Below are positions 42,514 to 54,900 of a stretch of DNA of 64,000 nucleotides, piece by piece. A model generated the notes under the pieces. The model saw only the letters and a list, made by a program, of their open reading frames with translations. It was not told the origin of the DNA and ran no database searches. Position numbers and translations under genes: made by a program. Position 1 is the first letter of the stretch. Each line of letters begins with the position of its first letter. Source of the DNA: Naegleria gruberi (Eukaryota); the NCBI GenBank assembly GCA_000004985.1, contig GG738853.1; one strand, written 5' to 3'.

Positions 42514-45500
42514 ATGACCACTCATTCCTTGGGAAGTAATGGAAGCTATGCTGTTGAGGTTGATGATCACACACCGAATATATCGGCCTCAATAGGGTTG
42601 GCCGGTATGCCAAGAGGATCAGCCTCAGTACTTTCAGCAGATAATCAAACTTCACTCACAGCTGGAGCAGCAGCTTCACTGTTAAACGACGGCGCCTCTA
42701 TGTGGAATTCATTCGAGGAGAGTGCCACTAACTTTATGTTAAATATTTACGAGAAGACAAAAATTCACCAAACAAATTGGTATAACTTTACCTATAACCT
42801 AGTATTGTACATTTATCTCCTTTGGACAATGATGTTTCTTCCCGGATTGGCAGACGAAGAATATAATTGGGGAGAATATTCGCATTGGATCTTTAAGGCA
42901 GCAAATTATCCAGTTTCTCTATCCCTAAACTTGGTTTCGTATGAAGTCATTATTGTGATATTTTGCTGTTTTGTCCTTCTAATATGTGTCTACTTTATTC
43001 TGTTTTTTGTTGGCTATAGGGCAAGCTTACTAGCAAACAAGCACTGGAAAAAGATCAAGCTTGCCATAAGAATCATTCATGGATTTCTCACACTTACTTC
43101 CTTAATTTATACCTATGTGTTTGGTGCCTTTATAGATTGCAATTATGGAACCTCTGTAAATTTAGATGGTTATGATAGACCTGTTGAAGTATTGAGGAGG
43201 CACCCAACCATTGCCTGCAGTGGTGCAGTTAATTCAACTCTCATTTCTGTCGGTTCTATATTCTTCATGTTACTACTTGTTATTCAGTTGATCTCTGTTT
43301 TAACAATGTCGGAGGATAATCCGAGTGGCAAGAATGCCTTTGCAACAGACAAGGTCTACTACTTGTTTCCATTCATTGCAACACAATGCATTTACATTAT
43401 ACTAGTTTGTGCAATACCTCCAACCTATAACTATGTCAAGCCGGTTATTTACCTTGCCTTATGTATTCTACATGTGCCCTACCATTTGTGGTTGTTACCT
43501 TATTTTAAAAGAGTGGAGAATACTCTCTTCTTTGGCTTTGTTGGTGCCAGATTGGGAGGAGCTGTTGGTTTTCTGGTCTCTAGCTTGGTCTCTACTGATG
43601 ATTCAAATTGGACTCTTGGTTTGGGCATGATGGGTCTCACGATTGGCCTTATGCTTGTATGCTTTGTAGTTTTTGTTGTTGCAGCAGAGATTTATATTGG
43701 TATTCTATACAGTTCTATCAGAAGAGGTGTTATTCAAACTATTAAGGTTTCGGTTGATTTTAGTCAAGCCCAAACAGTCAGATCCTCCATCGAAAGAGAA
43801 GCATCTGGTCTCTATCAAAAATTTGAAAAGGATGGTAAACTGAGAGCCTTCAACCTCTTCTTGAAATTCTCAATGAGATCAGGTAGAAAGGCTTTTGGAG
43901 ATTTTCAACTTTCTGATGTTGAAATTGCTCTTGCTTTGATTAAGGGTGTTTCATCTCAAAAGTGTGCCAATAATGTTGATATTCTGATTACCTCAGCGTT
44001 GGTTGTAGCTTACTTTTTACCAAACTTCACCAGTGTCATACTGGCAGGTGGTATTGTCAGAAAGGTTGCCAAGCTCAAGTCCAATCCATTGAAAAAGTAC
44101 ATTATTACCCAAAGAACAAAGGAAATTGAATTCCTCAGTGGAGAAGACTTGTCTGGTAAGAACATTATGGAAATTAAGAATATTATTGGAAGACTGGAAA
44201 AGAAGCAAGAATTGGTTCTCCTTCTTCACAAATCATTCTGGAAGGAAATGATCAATGAATCTTTAGAAATTACCAAGATTGAAACAATCAACAGAAAGAT
44301 TGCTGAATTGGTGCACTCTTGTCAAAGCTCTTATGATATTCTCATATCCAATTACAACAATGAAAAGTCAGTGATTAGATCATATGCCAGATTTGTTGAA
44401 GACTACAAGTTTGATCCAGAAAAAGCTCAAGAAATGTACCACGAAGCAAACATTATTGAAGAGGAAGAAGCTGTCAATAGAAGACATCAATTATCAAAAA
44501 CCTTAAAGAACAAGTATACATCCAATCGTGTAGTGCCACTTCCAAATCAATTCTCTGTAGCCTCTAATATTAGGGGAGGTGGTGGTGGTTTTGAAAGTGA
44601 AGATGAAGATAAGGGATACTTTGAAAAGATCGACATGAACAAGCAAGGCCACTCTTCTGACTCTAGATTAGATGACATGGACTTTGAAAATGAAAAGTTT
44701 GAAGGTGTAGAGGAAAACGCAGCCACAGCACAACAAAAGAAGGAATTTCTCTTTAGAACTGCACTTTCATCTTCCATGTATAATAAGCCTCAATTTATTA
44801 CCTTTGTTGTTTTTGCTTCAGTTTCATTGATCATACTAACAATTGGTCTTATCCTTGGATTGGTGTTCTCTACTGGTGTAACATCTGATATTGCTCTTTC
44901 AAATGATGTGTGTATTCCTGCTTCTGTTCCTCTCTCAGTTCTTATGTACATTAGAAAAAAGCAATTGCACGATAATATTAAGGAATACTCAATGTCATGG
45001 AATACAGAAAACACAGCCAGAGTAGATAAGCAATGTAACAAGCTCTCAAATCTGTATTCTATTGGTATGAATACTTTCTCTGAATCAGTCCGATCTGACT
45101 ATACTAGAGGCACCAGATTACTCAAACAACCTGTGTTGATTTATTCCTCAACAAATACTTCAGAATACACTGGTTACTCTACATCCAGAAATTCGACTAT
45201 TGCAGAAATTACAAAAGCATTGGTAAAAATGTGTAGTGCCTATGATAACTACTCAGAGGAAAGATATAAGCAAACAGTATCTGATTACAATTTTATGTTC
45301 CTTTATCAAAACAGAATAAGTTTTTCCTCATCTTATGAAAGCTTTTGCTCTGAATATCTGGACAGAAATGGAGAAAAATCCTCAACATACAGAACTATCT
45401 TTTTAATCTATTACATTTCCACAACAGCTTTATATATTCTTAGTGCCTTCTCAGTGATTGCATTCACTAGATACCACCTTACCTCACTGAATGATTCTAT

Positions 45501-47844
45501 CAAGTTGATAGGAAGTTCAATTTCAAAAGATAAGGTTGGTAAAATCTATCACAAGTTGGAAGGTAAAGTTGAGGAAGATCTACAAATAGGTTCAGATGGA
45601 TTCTTTTCCATGTTTGTTAAACCAAATAACTCTATTTCTATAATGGTTATTTTTATGATTTGTATTACAGCCATTTGCGTCACCTTGTTCTTTATTGAAA
45701 CGATCATTAATTCAAACAATTCCTCCATGGCCATTCAAAATATTCAATTCAGTGTAAATATTATGATGACTGCCCACAGAGTTGGTCTCAGATTGGGAGA
45801 ACTTTTCATTTTCAAATCTAAATTCCCTTCGACTCCTATGAATGATAGGCATTTAACTACAGATGATGAATTAGCACAATTCCACAAAGACAATAAGAAC
45901 CTAGCAAGCTTGATGCAGAGCTCGTGGTACTCTTTACTTTTTGGTACATCAGATAATGATAACGATAAGTTATTTGGAAAATATCCAGATATTGATCAAC
46001 TTATTCAAGGAACCTGCAAGAGTACATCAAACACAACATCCAATAGTACAACGTGTGTTGGTTTGGATGATTTGGTTTCATATTTGACAAGTTCTTCAGC
46101 CCTCTTTAATGAGGATGTCTTCTATGCCAGTTCTACCTTTAACCAATCAGATTTATTCACACGTATGGAATCCATCTATTCTGATGTAGATTTACTTGCC
46201 CAAAAGCTCGAAAGTTTGATTCAAATTTATTCCAAGTACAATTCTGTTCCTTCAATCACTATCACAATTGTTTTTGGAATATTGGGATATGCTTCATTGG
46301 TAACCGCTATTTGGTTCACTTCAAGATCTATGACATCTTTCTGGAGAGAATATCAACAATTAAGAATGATGTTGAGCTACTTTACACCTGAAGTATTGGA
46401 AGAGAATGAACAACTCAAGAACTTTGTTCTCTTCAAGTCATTGCCAGGTAGATTATCTGAACTATTCAAGAGTAAGAAATCATCAGGTGACACCTCCAAC
46501 AATGAAGACTCACATGTTAAAAGTATTCTTGAAGCTGCTGTAGATGGAGCTGTATTGTGTAATTCTCAATGTGAAGTTACCATTTTCAATCCTTCTGCTG
46601 AAAGATCATTTGGTTTCAAGAAGAGTGATATTATGGGTTTACCTATATACACACTCTTTGATGAATCAAGCCACACCAAGATGAGAAAGATCATATCTGG
46701 TATGTTAGCAAAGAGTGGTAATGATGGTGAGTCTATTGAGGTTGAATGTGTTCGTAAGAATCAAACAAAATTCCCAGCCAAGATTAATATCTTTTCAAGT
46801 AAGATTGGTTCTGACACTGTAATTGTCTCCTTTATTAAGGATATTACTCCTGAAAAGAAGCAAAATATGCTGTTGGAAGAAGAAAAGAAGAAATCAGATT
46901 CACTCTTGTTGAACATTTTACCAGAAGCTGTAGGTGTTCGTCTTAAGAGTGGTGAAACTTTTATTGCCGAAAAGTTCAATGATGTCACTTGTTTCTTCAG
47001 TGATATGGTTGGTTTTACAAGTATTTCATCCAATATGAGTCCAACTGATCTAGTTAAAATGTTAAATACTATTGTCAATGGATTCGACTCACTTACAGAC
47101 ACTTTCCATTTGGAAAAGATTAAGACAATTGGTGATGCCTATTTTTGTGTAGGTGGTATTCACGGTTCTGCAACTTCGGATCACCCTGAAAGAGTTCTTC
47201 GTTTTGCCATGGCCACATTCGCTGTAGTTCATGACTACAACCTTGAAAATTTGGCCAATAAGGAAAATTCAAATCCAAGTCTCCTTAATATACGCATAGG
47301 AATTAATACTGGTAGTGTTGTCGGTGGTGTTATTGGTACAAAGAAGTTTGCCTATGATATGTGGGGTGATACTATCAATGTTGCAAGTAGAATGGAATCC
47401 ACATCCTTGCCAGGAAGAATTCAAGTTTCCAGATCTACCTATGAAAGAGTATATGATATGGGTTATGAATTTGAGGAACGTAGAATTGAAGTTAAGGGTA
47501 AAGGAAGCACTCAAACCTACATGCTCAACAATATGTATCACAAGAATCCATTGGATGCAAATGGTTTCTCTAATGTTAATAATGTTGTTGTTACTGCTTC
47601 TGCTGCTGTTTCATTACCACCACAACCTTCCCAAGGCAATAACAGTACAAACAATCTTAACAATAATAGCATGGCCTACAATAACCAAACAAGTAATAAT
47701 GGAAGTGGAGATCATTTGGAAGAATCAGATGATGATGACGATTTGAGAAGATCATCCAATAATGTAGTTGTTCTTGGCCGCAATAGGAATCCACCAAGTC
47801 ATACAAGCCACACAAGTAGTGTAGATGATATCTTGATGGAATAA
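42514..47844 (+). CDS. A 1,776-aa polytopic membrane protein. It has about 9 TM segments in the N-terminal block and about 4 more in the middle, followed by a PAS domain (~aa 1330-1440) and a single class-III nucleotidyl cyclase catalytic domain. All catalytic residues are present and the specificity residues (Lys/Asp) are adenylyl-cyclase-type.
   Basis: The cyclase motifs are FSDMVGFTSIS, KIKTIGDAYFCVGG, IRIGINTGSVVGGVIG and YDMWGDTINVASRMES. The PAS-like block reads ILEAAVDGAVLCNSQCEVTIFNPSAERSFGF...IVSFIKDIT. This is an uninterrupted ORF. ORFs 43409, 44017 etc. are antisense or overlap artefacts. Confidence 0.8.
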   Translation: MTTHSLGSNGSYAVEVDDHTPNISASIGLAGMPRGSASVLSADNQTSLTAGAAASLLNDGASMWNSFEESATNFMLNIYEKTKIHQTNWYNFTYNLVLYIYLLWTMMFLPGLADEEYNWGEYSHWIFKAANYPVSLSLNLVSYEVIIVIFCCFVLLICVYFILFFVGYRASLLANKHWKKIKLAIRIIHGFLTLTSLIYTYVFGAFIDCNYGTSVNLDGYDRPVEVLRRHPTIACSGAVNSTLISVGSIFFMLLLVIQLISVLTMSEDNPSGKNAFATDKVYYLFPFIATQCIYIILVCAIPPTYNYVKPVIYLALCILHVPYHLWLLPYFKRVENTLFFGFVGARLGGAVGFLVSSLVSTDDSNWTLGLGMMGLTIGLMLVCFVVFVVAAEIYIGILYSSIRRGVIQTIKVSVDFSQAQTVRSSIEREASGLYQKFEKDGKLRAFNLFLKFSMRSGRKAFGDFQLSDVEIALALIKGVSSQKCANNVDILITSALVVAYFLPNFTSVILAGGIVRKVAKLKSNPLKKYIITQRTKEIEFLSGEDLSGKNIMEIKNIIGRLEKKQELVLLLHKSFWKEMINESLEITKIETINRKIAELVHSCQSSYDILISNYNNEKSVIRSYARFVEDYKFDPEKAQEMYHEANIIEEEEAVNRRHQLSKTLKNKYTSNRVVPLPNQFSVASNIRGGGGGFESEDEDKGYFEKIDMNKQGHSSDSRLDDMDFENEKFEGVEENAATAQQKKEFLFRTALSSSMYNKPQFITFVVFASVSLIILTIGLILGLVFSTGVTSDIALSNDVCIPASVPLSVLMYIRKKQLHDNIKEYSMSWNTENTARVDKQCNKLSNLYSIGMNTFSESVRSDYTRGTRLLKQPVLIYSSTNTSEYTGYSTSRNSTIAEITKALVKMCSAYDNYSEERYKQTVSDYNFMFLYQNRISFSSSYESFCSEYLDRNGEKSSTYRTIFLIYYISTTALYILSAFSVIAFTRYHLTSLNDSIKLIGSSISKDKVGKIYHKLEGKVEEDLQIGSDGFFSMFVKPNNSISIMVIFMICITAICVTLFFIETIINSNNSSMAIQNIQFSVNIMMTAHRVGLRLGELFIFKSKFPSTPMNDRHLTTDDELAQFHKDNKNLASLMQSSWYSLLFGTSDNDNDKLFGKYPDIDQLIQGTCKSTSNTTSNSTTCVGLDDLVSYLTSSSALFNEDVFYASSTFNQSDLFTRMESIYSDVDLLAQKLESLIQIYSKYNSVPSITITIVFGILGYASLVTAIWFTSRSMTSFWREYQQLRMMLSYFTPEVLEENEQLKNFVLFKSLPGRLSELFKSKKSSGDTSNNEDSHVKSILEAAVDGAVLCNSQCEVTIFNPSAERSFGFKKSDIMGLPIYTLFDESSHTKMRKIISGMLAKSGNDGESIEVECVRKNQTKFPAKINIFSSKIGSDTVIVSFIKDITPEKKQNMLLEEEKKKSDSLLLNILPEAVGVRLKSGETFIAEKFNDVTCFFSDMVGFTSISSNMSPTDLVKMLNTIVNGFDSLTDTFHLEKIKTIGDAYFCVGGIHGSATSDHPERVLRFAMATFAVVHDYNLENLANKENSNPSLLNIRIGINTGSVVGGVIGTKKFAYDMWGDTINVASRMESTSLPGRIQVSRSTYERVYDMGYEFEERRIEVKGKGSTQTYMLNNMYHKNPLDANGFSNVNNVVVTASAAVSLPPQPSQGNNSTNNLNNNSMAYNNQTSNNGSGDHLEESDDDDDLRRSSNNVVVLGRNRNPPSHTSHTSSVDDILME

Positions 47845-47897
47845 ACTTTAAGAACAGACGTCTCCTTAATGTGTGAAAATTAAAAACACAAATAAAA

Positions 47898-49252
47898 ATG
47901 TCTCAATATGAACTAGAGAAACAACTCGTCGATTCTTGTTCGGAAGGTAATGAACAGAAAGTAAGAGAATTACTTCAGAAGGGTGTTAATCCTAATTGTG
48001 TGGAAGAGGTTTGTGTTTTTCATCATTCTCATCAGCAAACACAATAATATTTATTATTTAAATAATTCCAAAACATCATCACAAAACACAATAGTATGGC
48101 TATTCTCCGTTATATTGTTGTTCATACAAGGGTCATACCTCACTCATCAAATTACTAATCGATTGTGGAGCTAAAATTAATTATGCCAATGGTCCAACAA
48201 AGTGGACAGCCCTCTTTGCCTCTGTCTTTTCCAAACAAAAGTCAAGTGTAGAAATTCTACTCAAATTGGGTGCCAATCCAAACATTCCAAGTGATGTATG
48301 TATTATTATATCATCCTCTTTCTCATCATCAAATATTAATATTATTTAAATTTTAATATTATAATAATATTAAACAACAACATAGAAAGGAGAAACACCA
48401 CTTCAATTTGCCAGAAAGCAAAAATTGGATGATCTTGCCGAATTACTCTCCAAGAATACATCTTCATCAGCAATACTTATTGATGATGATAATACAACAT
48501 TATCAAATCCTAGCCTTCCTCCATCCAATTCTAATTCTACAAACATTTCCGTAGTCTCTAATTCTTCTTCTTTATCATCAGCACAACATGTAAACAATAA
48601 TAATAACAATAATATTAGTAATAGTACTTCTATGATTACTAACAACAATAACAGCAATCATAATAATAGTAGTGTTGTTTCTAGTAATACTGTTCAACAT
48701 GCAGAAGAAGAAGGAAAACAAAATAATGATGAAGAGAATATTTGGGATATCATCAATGAAGGAATTAAACTTTCTGAAGATTTGGATGAGAAATTGAATG
48801 GACTTTCACTTTCGGATAAGAAGAGTAGAGTGGAAGAAGAGGAATTGCTCTTGTCTCCACTTGTATTCGAAAGTGAAAGTTTACAAGTGATTTCGTTTAG
48901 ATATCCTGATCATTTCACACATAAATTTGGTGATTTGGATTACACAACTAGAATGCTAACCATTCACTTTGTGTTGGAATCAACTTTATTGACAGAACAT
49001 TTAATTTCAAAATTACAAGGAAAGTTTAATGTTGGAAATGAATTTAAACTTGTGGAAAATCAAGTTCCAACAAGAAAGATTTCAATTAAATATCAAGTTT
49101 CAAAGGAGGTTGATTTGAATACTTTGAAAACCTCTATTACTGATATACATTCCAAAATTGGGAATGATATCAAGCCATTGAGATATTTACTCTTGATATT
49201 TTCAAAGAATAAGAAAGTGGTCAATCTGGAAGAGACAACCATCGATCTGTAA
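47898..49252 (+). CDS. Ankyrin-repeat protein, three exons: join(47898..48008, 48131..48295, 48386..49252). The C-terminal half is Asn-rich and of unknown function.
   Basis: Exon 1 encodes MSQYELEKQLVDSCSEGNEQKVRELLQKGVNPNCVEE. Introns of 122 nt and 90 nt (GTTTGT...ACAAG; GTATGT...CATAG) join to GHTSLIKLLIDCGAKINYANGPTKWTALFASVF... and KGETPLQFARKQKLDDLAELL (ORF 48425..49252). Confidence 0.65.
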
Positions 49253-49791
49253 AACTATTTACAACCCCTTGGAGAGAAAGAACAACGGTGAGAAACGGAG
49301 GAATAATGTGCGCCTGGTTTTGAAGGATTTTTAACAAACGAAGGAACAACAGGCAAAAAGAGCAACAGAGAAGAACAACACAAAAACAATCAAGCATGTA
49401 CAAGAAATTTTACCAAGTCAAGAACAAGACAAATATTAACAATAAAGTTCAATTATTAAAATTTATAATAATTCATTATTAACATGAATTGATTCAAATA
49501 TATTTTTGATTCAATGTTTACAACTTGGCAACGGCCATGAATTTCTGAAATTGGAAGTGAGAGACTACGGCTGGTATGAAGTTTGGCATTTTTGGTTTTG
49601 GGTTGGAAAAGATTATGTGTCATGTCTTACCAGCATCCAGTGAAGAAACTTATAAATTATTGCATTTCTCAATAAATACTTGACAATTTCAGAATCTGAC
49701 TTCAAAAATCAAAAACTTTTCACACGATTACAATTCCACAATTGGCAAGTAGAATTGCAAATCTGTTTAATAGGTTTCCACAATAGAAAAA

Positions 49792-51237
49792 ATGCGCAAA
49801 ATCATTCTTGTGATCTGTGCAGTCCTCTTGCTGTGCAATATTTCTTCAGCACTTGCCATTGATCATCAACACGAGTTGGAAGCCATGTTAAATGTCGATT
49901 CATCAGCAACTCTCCCACTTCGTAATGAAATTCTCTCACGTTTTCAACGTTACTTACAATTACCTACTCAACAACCTTTTCCACAATACGAGCTTGCTAT
50001 TGATCATTTAGTTTCTTGGAGTAGAGAAATATTTCCATCACTCAACTCTGCCGAATGGGAAGAATTATCATCAGGAGTTAAGAAAATGGAAAGTTACAAT
50101 GCAGCAATTACTGTTTTTCGTTGCGAATCAACAAAACCAAATCTAATCTTGACATGGAAAGGTAAAAAGCCAGAGTTGGGATCAATTCTAATCAATTCAC
50201 ATATGGATGTTGTTCCTGTTGATGAATCACAGTGGACTTATCCTCCATTCGAAGCCAAATTAGAAACCATAACAGAAAGTGATGGAAAGACCAAGAGAAG
50301 AGTTTATGCCAGAGGTGCACAAGATATGAAAAATGTTGGAGCAGCTTACATGGAAGTTTTAAAGTTGTTGGTCAATTCGGAATATAAACCAGAGAGAACT
50401 TTACATGTTATATTTGTTGCTGATGAAGAAATTGGTGGACAAGATGGATGGGGTTGTTTGATTGGTGAAAGTCAAGCAGAATTGTGGAAATCTTTGAATG
50501 TAAGATTTGGATTAGATGAGGGATTATCCAGTGGATTGAACTCTGATGTCATTCCAATTTTCTATGGTGAAAAGGCCACATGGTTCTTTGAAATTACAGC
50601 CACTGGAAATGTTGGACATGGCTCTCAATTTATTCAAGATACAGCCACTGAAAAGATTTACAGATTACTGAGAGATAAGGTATTCCCATTCAGAGAACAA
50701 CAACAAGTTCAAATGAGATTACAAACAGAAAATGAGAAGAAAAAGTCATCTGCTAGCCACGTCATTTCTATCAATTTGACTGGTTTGAAAGCTGGACATA
50801 CCAATAAGGAGACTGGTGAATTTTCAAGCCCAAACGTAATTCCAAGAACTGCCACAGCTGTTTTTGATATGCGTGTTGCAACTCACTTGGATTTACATGA
50901 AGTTGATGCTATGCTTCATCAATGGGCTGAAAGTGTGAATGGCACTCTCAAATACTTGAAAAGATCAATGGAAAATGGATTGACTGATTTGGAAGATGAA
51001 ATGGTTAAAAGATTCCTCAAAGTTGTCAATTCCAAAATGACCACTAATTTAATGATTGTACCAGCAGGAACAGATGCCCGATTTCAAAGAAGTAAGGGTG
51101 TGAACGCACTTGGATATAGTTTCATGCCTTTCACCCAAAGTTTATTCCATAATAATGATGAATATCTTGATGAGGACATTTACATTCAATCTATCATTCA
51201 CTATGTTGATATTTTGAAAGAAATGTTATTGGAATAA
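49792..51237 (+). CDS. Secreted M20-family metallopeptidase (aminoacylase-1 / peptidase M20A-like) with a signal peptide.
   Basis: M20 motifs are present: NSHMDVVPV, YARGAQDMK and VADEEIGG. The N-terminus is hydrophobic (MRKIILVICAVLLLCNISSALA). Confidence 0.75.
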   Translation: MRKIILVICAVLLLCNISSALAIDHQHELEAMLNVDSSATLPLRNEILSRFQRYLQLPTQQPFPQYELAIDHLVSWSREIFPSLNSAEWEELSSGVKKMESYNAAITVFRCESTKPNLILTWKGKKPELGSILINSHMDVVPVDESQWTYPPFEAKLETITESDGKTKRRVYARGAQDMKNVGAAYMEVLKLLVNSEYKPERTLHVIFVADEEIGGQDGWGCLIGESQAELWKSLNVRFGLDEGLSSGLNSDVIPIFYGEKATWFFEITATGNVGHGSQFIQDTATEKIYRLLRDKVFPFREQQQVQMRLQTENEKKKSSASHVISINLTGLKAGHTNKETGEFSSPNVIPRTATAVFDMRVATHLDLHEVDAMLHQWAESVNGTLKYLKRSMENGLTDLEDEMVKRFLKVVNSKMTTNLMIVPAGTDARFQRSKGVNALGYSFMPFTQSLFHNNDEYLDEDIYIQSIIHYVDILKEMLLE

Positions 51238-51920
51238 ACCTCTCTATTAGTTGTTGGTCTTGTGAATCTTGGTATTACTTGACAAACTTTCAGCCAATAA
51301 TTCATAATCCATGAAAGGAATACTGCTCTGTGTTGTTTGTGTGAGAATTCTTGTTTCTGATTGGTCTAATTGACCATCCGTGTTCTTAATTATTCTTCCA
51401 TATCGATCTCTCAGTACAGGAGTTAGCCAACCTGAGTCCGAAAAAAGGTTCTGGTGAGTAGATGGATTGATAAGGTTTAGAATAGAAATTGTCATATTAT
51501 TCATTCAATGGTGAAATTGTAATATCTGGCATCAAAAGTGGAATTCCAATTTGAATCGGTGGAAAGTGCTTGTTTCAAATTCAAATACGAAACTCCTTTA
51601 GGTACCAATTTCACAAGTGTAAAAAATCAAAATTGGGAACTGTCTTATTGGTAGCAAGGACTTTCCACTAATACAATCAAAACAAATTCCATTAGTTTCG
51701 CATAACGATGGTGATTCGCTCAATGGTCCAAGATGATCTTTTTCATACTTTCCCTCTTCGAAAGTGGACCCATTTCTCCCTTCTGACTGTTTATCGTTTC
51801 AAAATTGAAAACCCTCCTGAAAAACATAAAATTCGTGGCTTTGATAATGAACTATTAGTTCTCGTATAATTAACAATGTTTTGAATGAAGAAGCTTTATT
51901 AAAAATAAACAAGAATTAAT

Positions 51921-54900
51921 TTAAAATTGAGCTCCCCAACCAATATAAGTTCTACCTAAAATCTTAACATCGGTTGCCATGTCGATTAAGCATTCAACTT
52001 GTTCCTTGATGGATGAACAAGTTTCTCCAACCTTGGCTCTCTTGTTGGTTTTTGGATCACCTTCAATGGCTCTGTCCACATATTTCAATCCCTTTTTCAA
52101 GTGTAAATTGGCTTGAGCATCACTCTTGAAAATAACTTTAGGATTAGCCAATTCAAGTTTCATCTTGGCAAGTTCGACTTTTCTTTGAGGATACCACTTC
52201 ATTAAGGACTGATCACCATCTTGAGAAGCCTCAGAAGATGATGAGCTAGAGGCAGAATTTGGTAAATTCTCAGCAGACATTTGATAGAATTGTGGATTCT
52301 TCTTGGCATTCTTCAACCAATCTACTAATGGTTCCTTGATAAATACATCCATAGTATTCAATAAAATATGTCGATTATTATGTAAAGCTCTCATGCAATG
52401 TACCATACTTTCAAATAGTAAACCAGTACCAACATTTTCGTTGGCAAAGTCGTCCAAAGTAGTAGAAATTGGTGAAAAGATAGCCAACATTTGACGAGTC
52501 AATCTGAAAGGCATTAATTCAGGAACAGGTAAAATTTCAGTAGCACTACCAAAAGCATGACCAAAATCGATACCAATCAAGGATCCTTCTGAGAAATCAA
52601 CAAGGAAGTTTTCCAAGTGACGATCTCCAATACCCAAAACATAGGAACTAATCGAGAAGGTAGCAAGGGATTTAGCAAATCTATTTCTAATGGTAAAGTA
52701 TGCTTCGTTGGACATTGCCAATGATCTCAAGCCATTTCTCAACAAGTCTGGATCAATAAGTTTGTACTGTTCATCCATTGTTTGTTCCAACATGTCTTGG
52801 TCTGCATTTGAGTAAGTGACCAAATACTTTTGATAGAGAGTGTATTCAGCACCTTTAGATCCTGATACCTTCTCCAACATTTTAAGATGGATAGATGCAG
52901 ATGGATGTTTCAATACTTCTTGGTCATGAGTTCCAGTTTGCTTATTCAATTGTTCTTCAATAATTGCTTTGAGTGGCATGGTATTGTCAACCCATTCAAT
53001 AATACCAACTTCAGAACTCATTGGAACAACCTTGTACATTCTAATGTTCAAATCTCTTTGTTTACAGTTGGTATCTTTGTCGAGAATATTGTTCATGACA
53101 TGGAACAATTGTTGAATTCTTTGATCTTGACGTAAATCTTCACCACCCTTAACAAGGAAAGCATAGTCCTTCTCATCTGAACCGTGAATCTTCAACCTCT
53201 TTGGCTTTCTCATAGAAGACATGGTTAACAAGTTTGGATCAAAGCTGATAATTCTCACATGCTCATCAATACTTGGAGCTTGCATATTGTTTTGCTTACT
53301 TGACATTCCAACACTGCCCAACATGAGTGCAGCTGCTGCCTTGCCAACGTTATTAATATACTGACCAGGAACTTCAATATAAAAGTTTCCTCCATTCTCA
53401 ACAACATCACTAGAGGATGAGATGGTTTCATTACTACCTCTTGTGGAAGATTGATGGAAGTCAAACATCCACTTGGAGAAGTATTCCAACTTGGTCTTAC
53501 CAGGTATCATAGCACCCTTGGTTTCCTTCATCTTTTTAAATTTGACAGCATAAAGTTGCTCGAATGTCTTGTCTGTCATTTCCATCACTTTGGCACCATC
53601 TCTACCACCAAAATCTTTCTTAATTTGTGGAACCCAGTTCTTGGCAAATCTGGTATTGTAGACACCAACATTTGGTGCATTTGGATCGAACAAGTCATCG
53701 AATGCCTCTTCCCACTTGGATTTGATATCCCTCTTTCTTTCCTTTTCCGATTTGTAATTCTTTGATTTCATAATTTCTTTAATATCATCCATGTAAGCTT
53801 TGAATCTAAGTTCAGGATGGTTAAGTTTCTTCAGTGAGAAGATAAATGTTTCAATGAGAGGATTTCTAACCTTTTGTTTCATTAATTTGATACCTTCAAG
53901 AACTTTACGTGTTATACCTGTATTACCTCTTTCAAAGGAACCAATAATATCTTCAGAGCTGATATTGAGTGGATAGTAGAGAGATTGTGGATAATTCTCG
54001 GCAAGAGACAAGAGGATTGGAATTAAACATTCACCTTCTGGTCCAGTCAAATGGGCCAACATTTGTGAGATCCATGTAATAAACATCCAACTTGGAATTT
54101 GTAAAGAGGTTGATGTTGGAGCAAATTTGGCAAAGATCTTTCTGGTGGATGGGAATTTTTCAATCAATTCCAACAATCTAGGGAATCTATCTCTAGCTTC
54201 CTTATTGTAATACTTCATACTGTTCAACATATTTTCAACAATATGCTCAGCAAGAATATCATTGGATGGTAATTTTGAAGACCCTTCTCTGGTAATAACT
54301 AAATCTTCATCATCAGTATATTTTTGACCAAGACGTTCTTTCAAAATTTCATCACAAAAGATGGCAAACTTGAGATAAATCTTGGCAGATTGATATGGAG
54401 AAATAGTATTGTTTCCGTCTTCAATTTTGATAACGACATTGCTATCGTCATTAGTATTCTTATTAACTATTTCTACAGATTCCTTGTATCTATTGAGGGC
54501 TGTTTGCAAGTAATCTTCAGGATTGCCTCCAAGTTTGGTATTTTCTCTCAAAGTATTAGCAAATGAAGAATTGGCATCAGCATCCAAAAGCTTGTAAGTG
54601 AGTACATAACTTGTTGGTACTGTTTGACTGGCATCATTGACTTCCTTTCCATACTTAGTGGCGTTTTGTTTGATAAACTTGATGAGCTTGTCGAAAACAT
54701 CTTTGGTCTCACTGCTTGAACCTCTGCCAGATGTGAGAGCCTTGATCTTTAACAATTTAACAAGGGATTTGAAAAATTCAAAGTCGAATGAAAGAGCATC
54801 AGATGAATCGGCACTATTAGTTACTTCCAAGAGCTTTTTGCTTGCAGCTTGAGCAACTTTGAGATAGCTTTGAGCAACAGTATTGTTCTTTTGCTTTCTA

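Noticed and set aside
51247-51504. An 85-aa ORF (-) and an adjacent possible MGPLSKRES... mini-exon between the peptidase and DNA-PKcs 3' ends.
   Set aside because: It may be a small intron-containing gene, but I could not assemble a frame-consistent model or recognise a domain. It is left unannotated.
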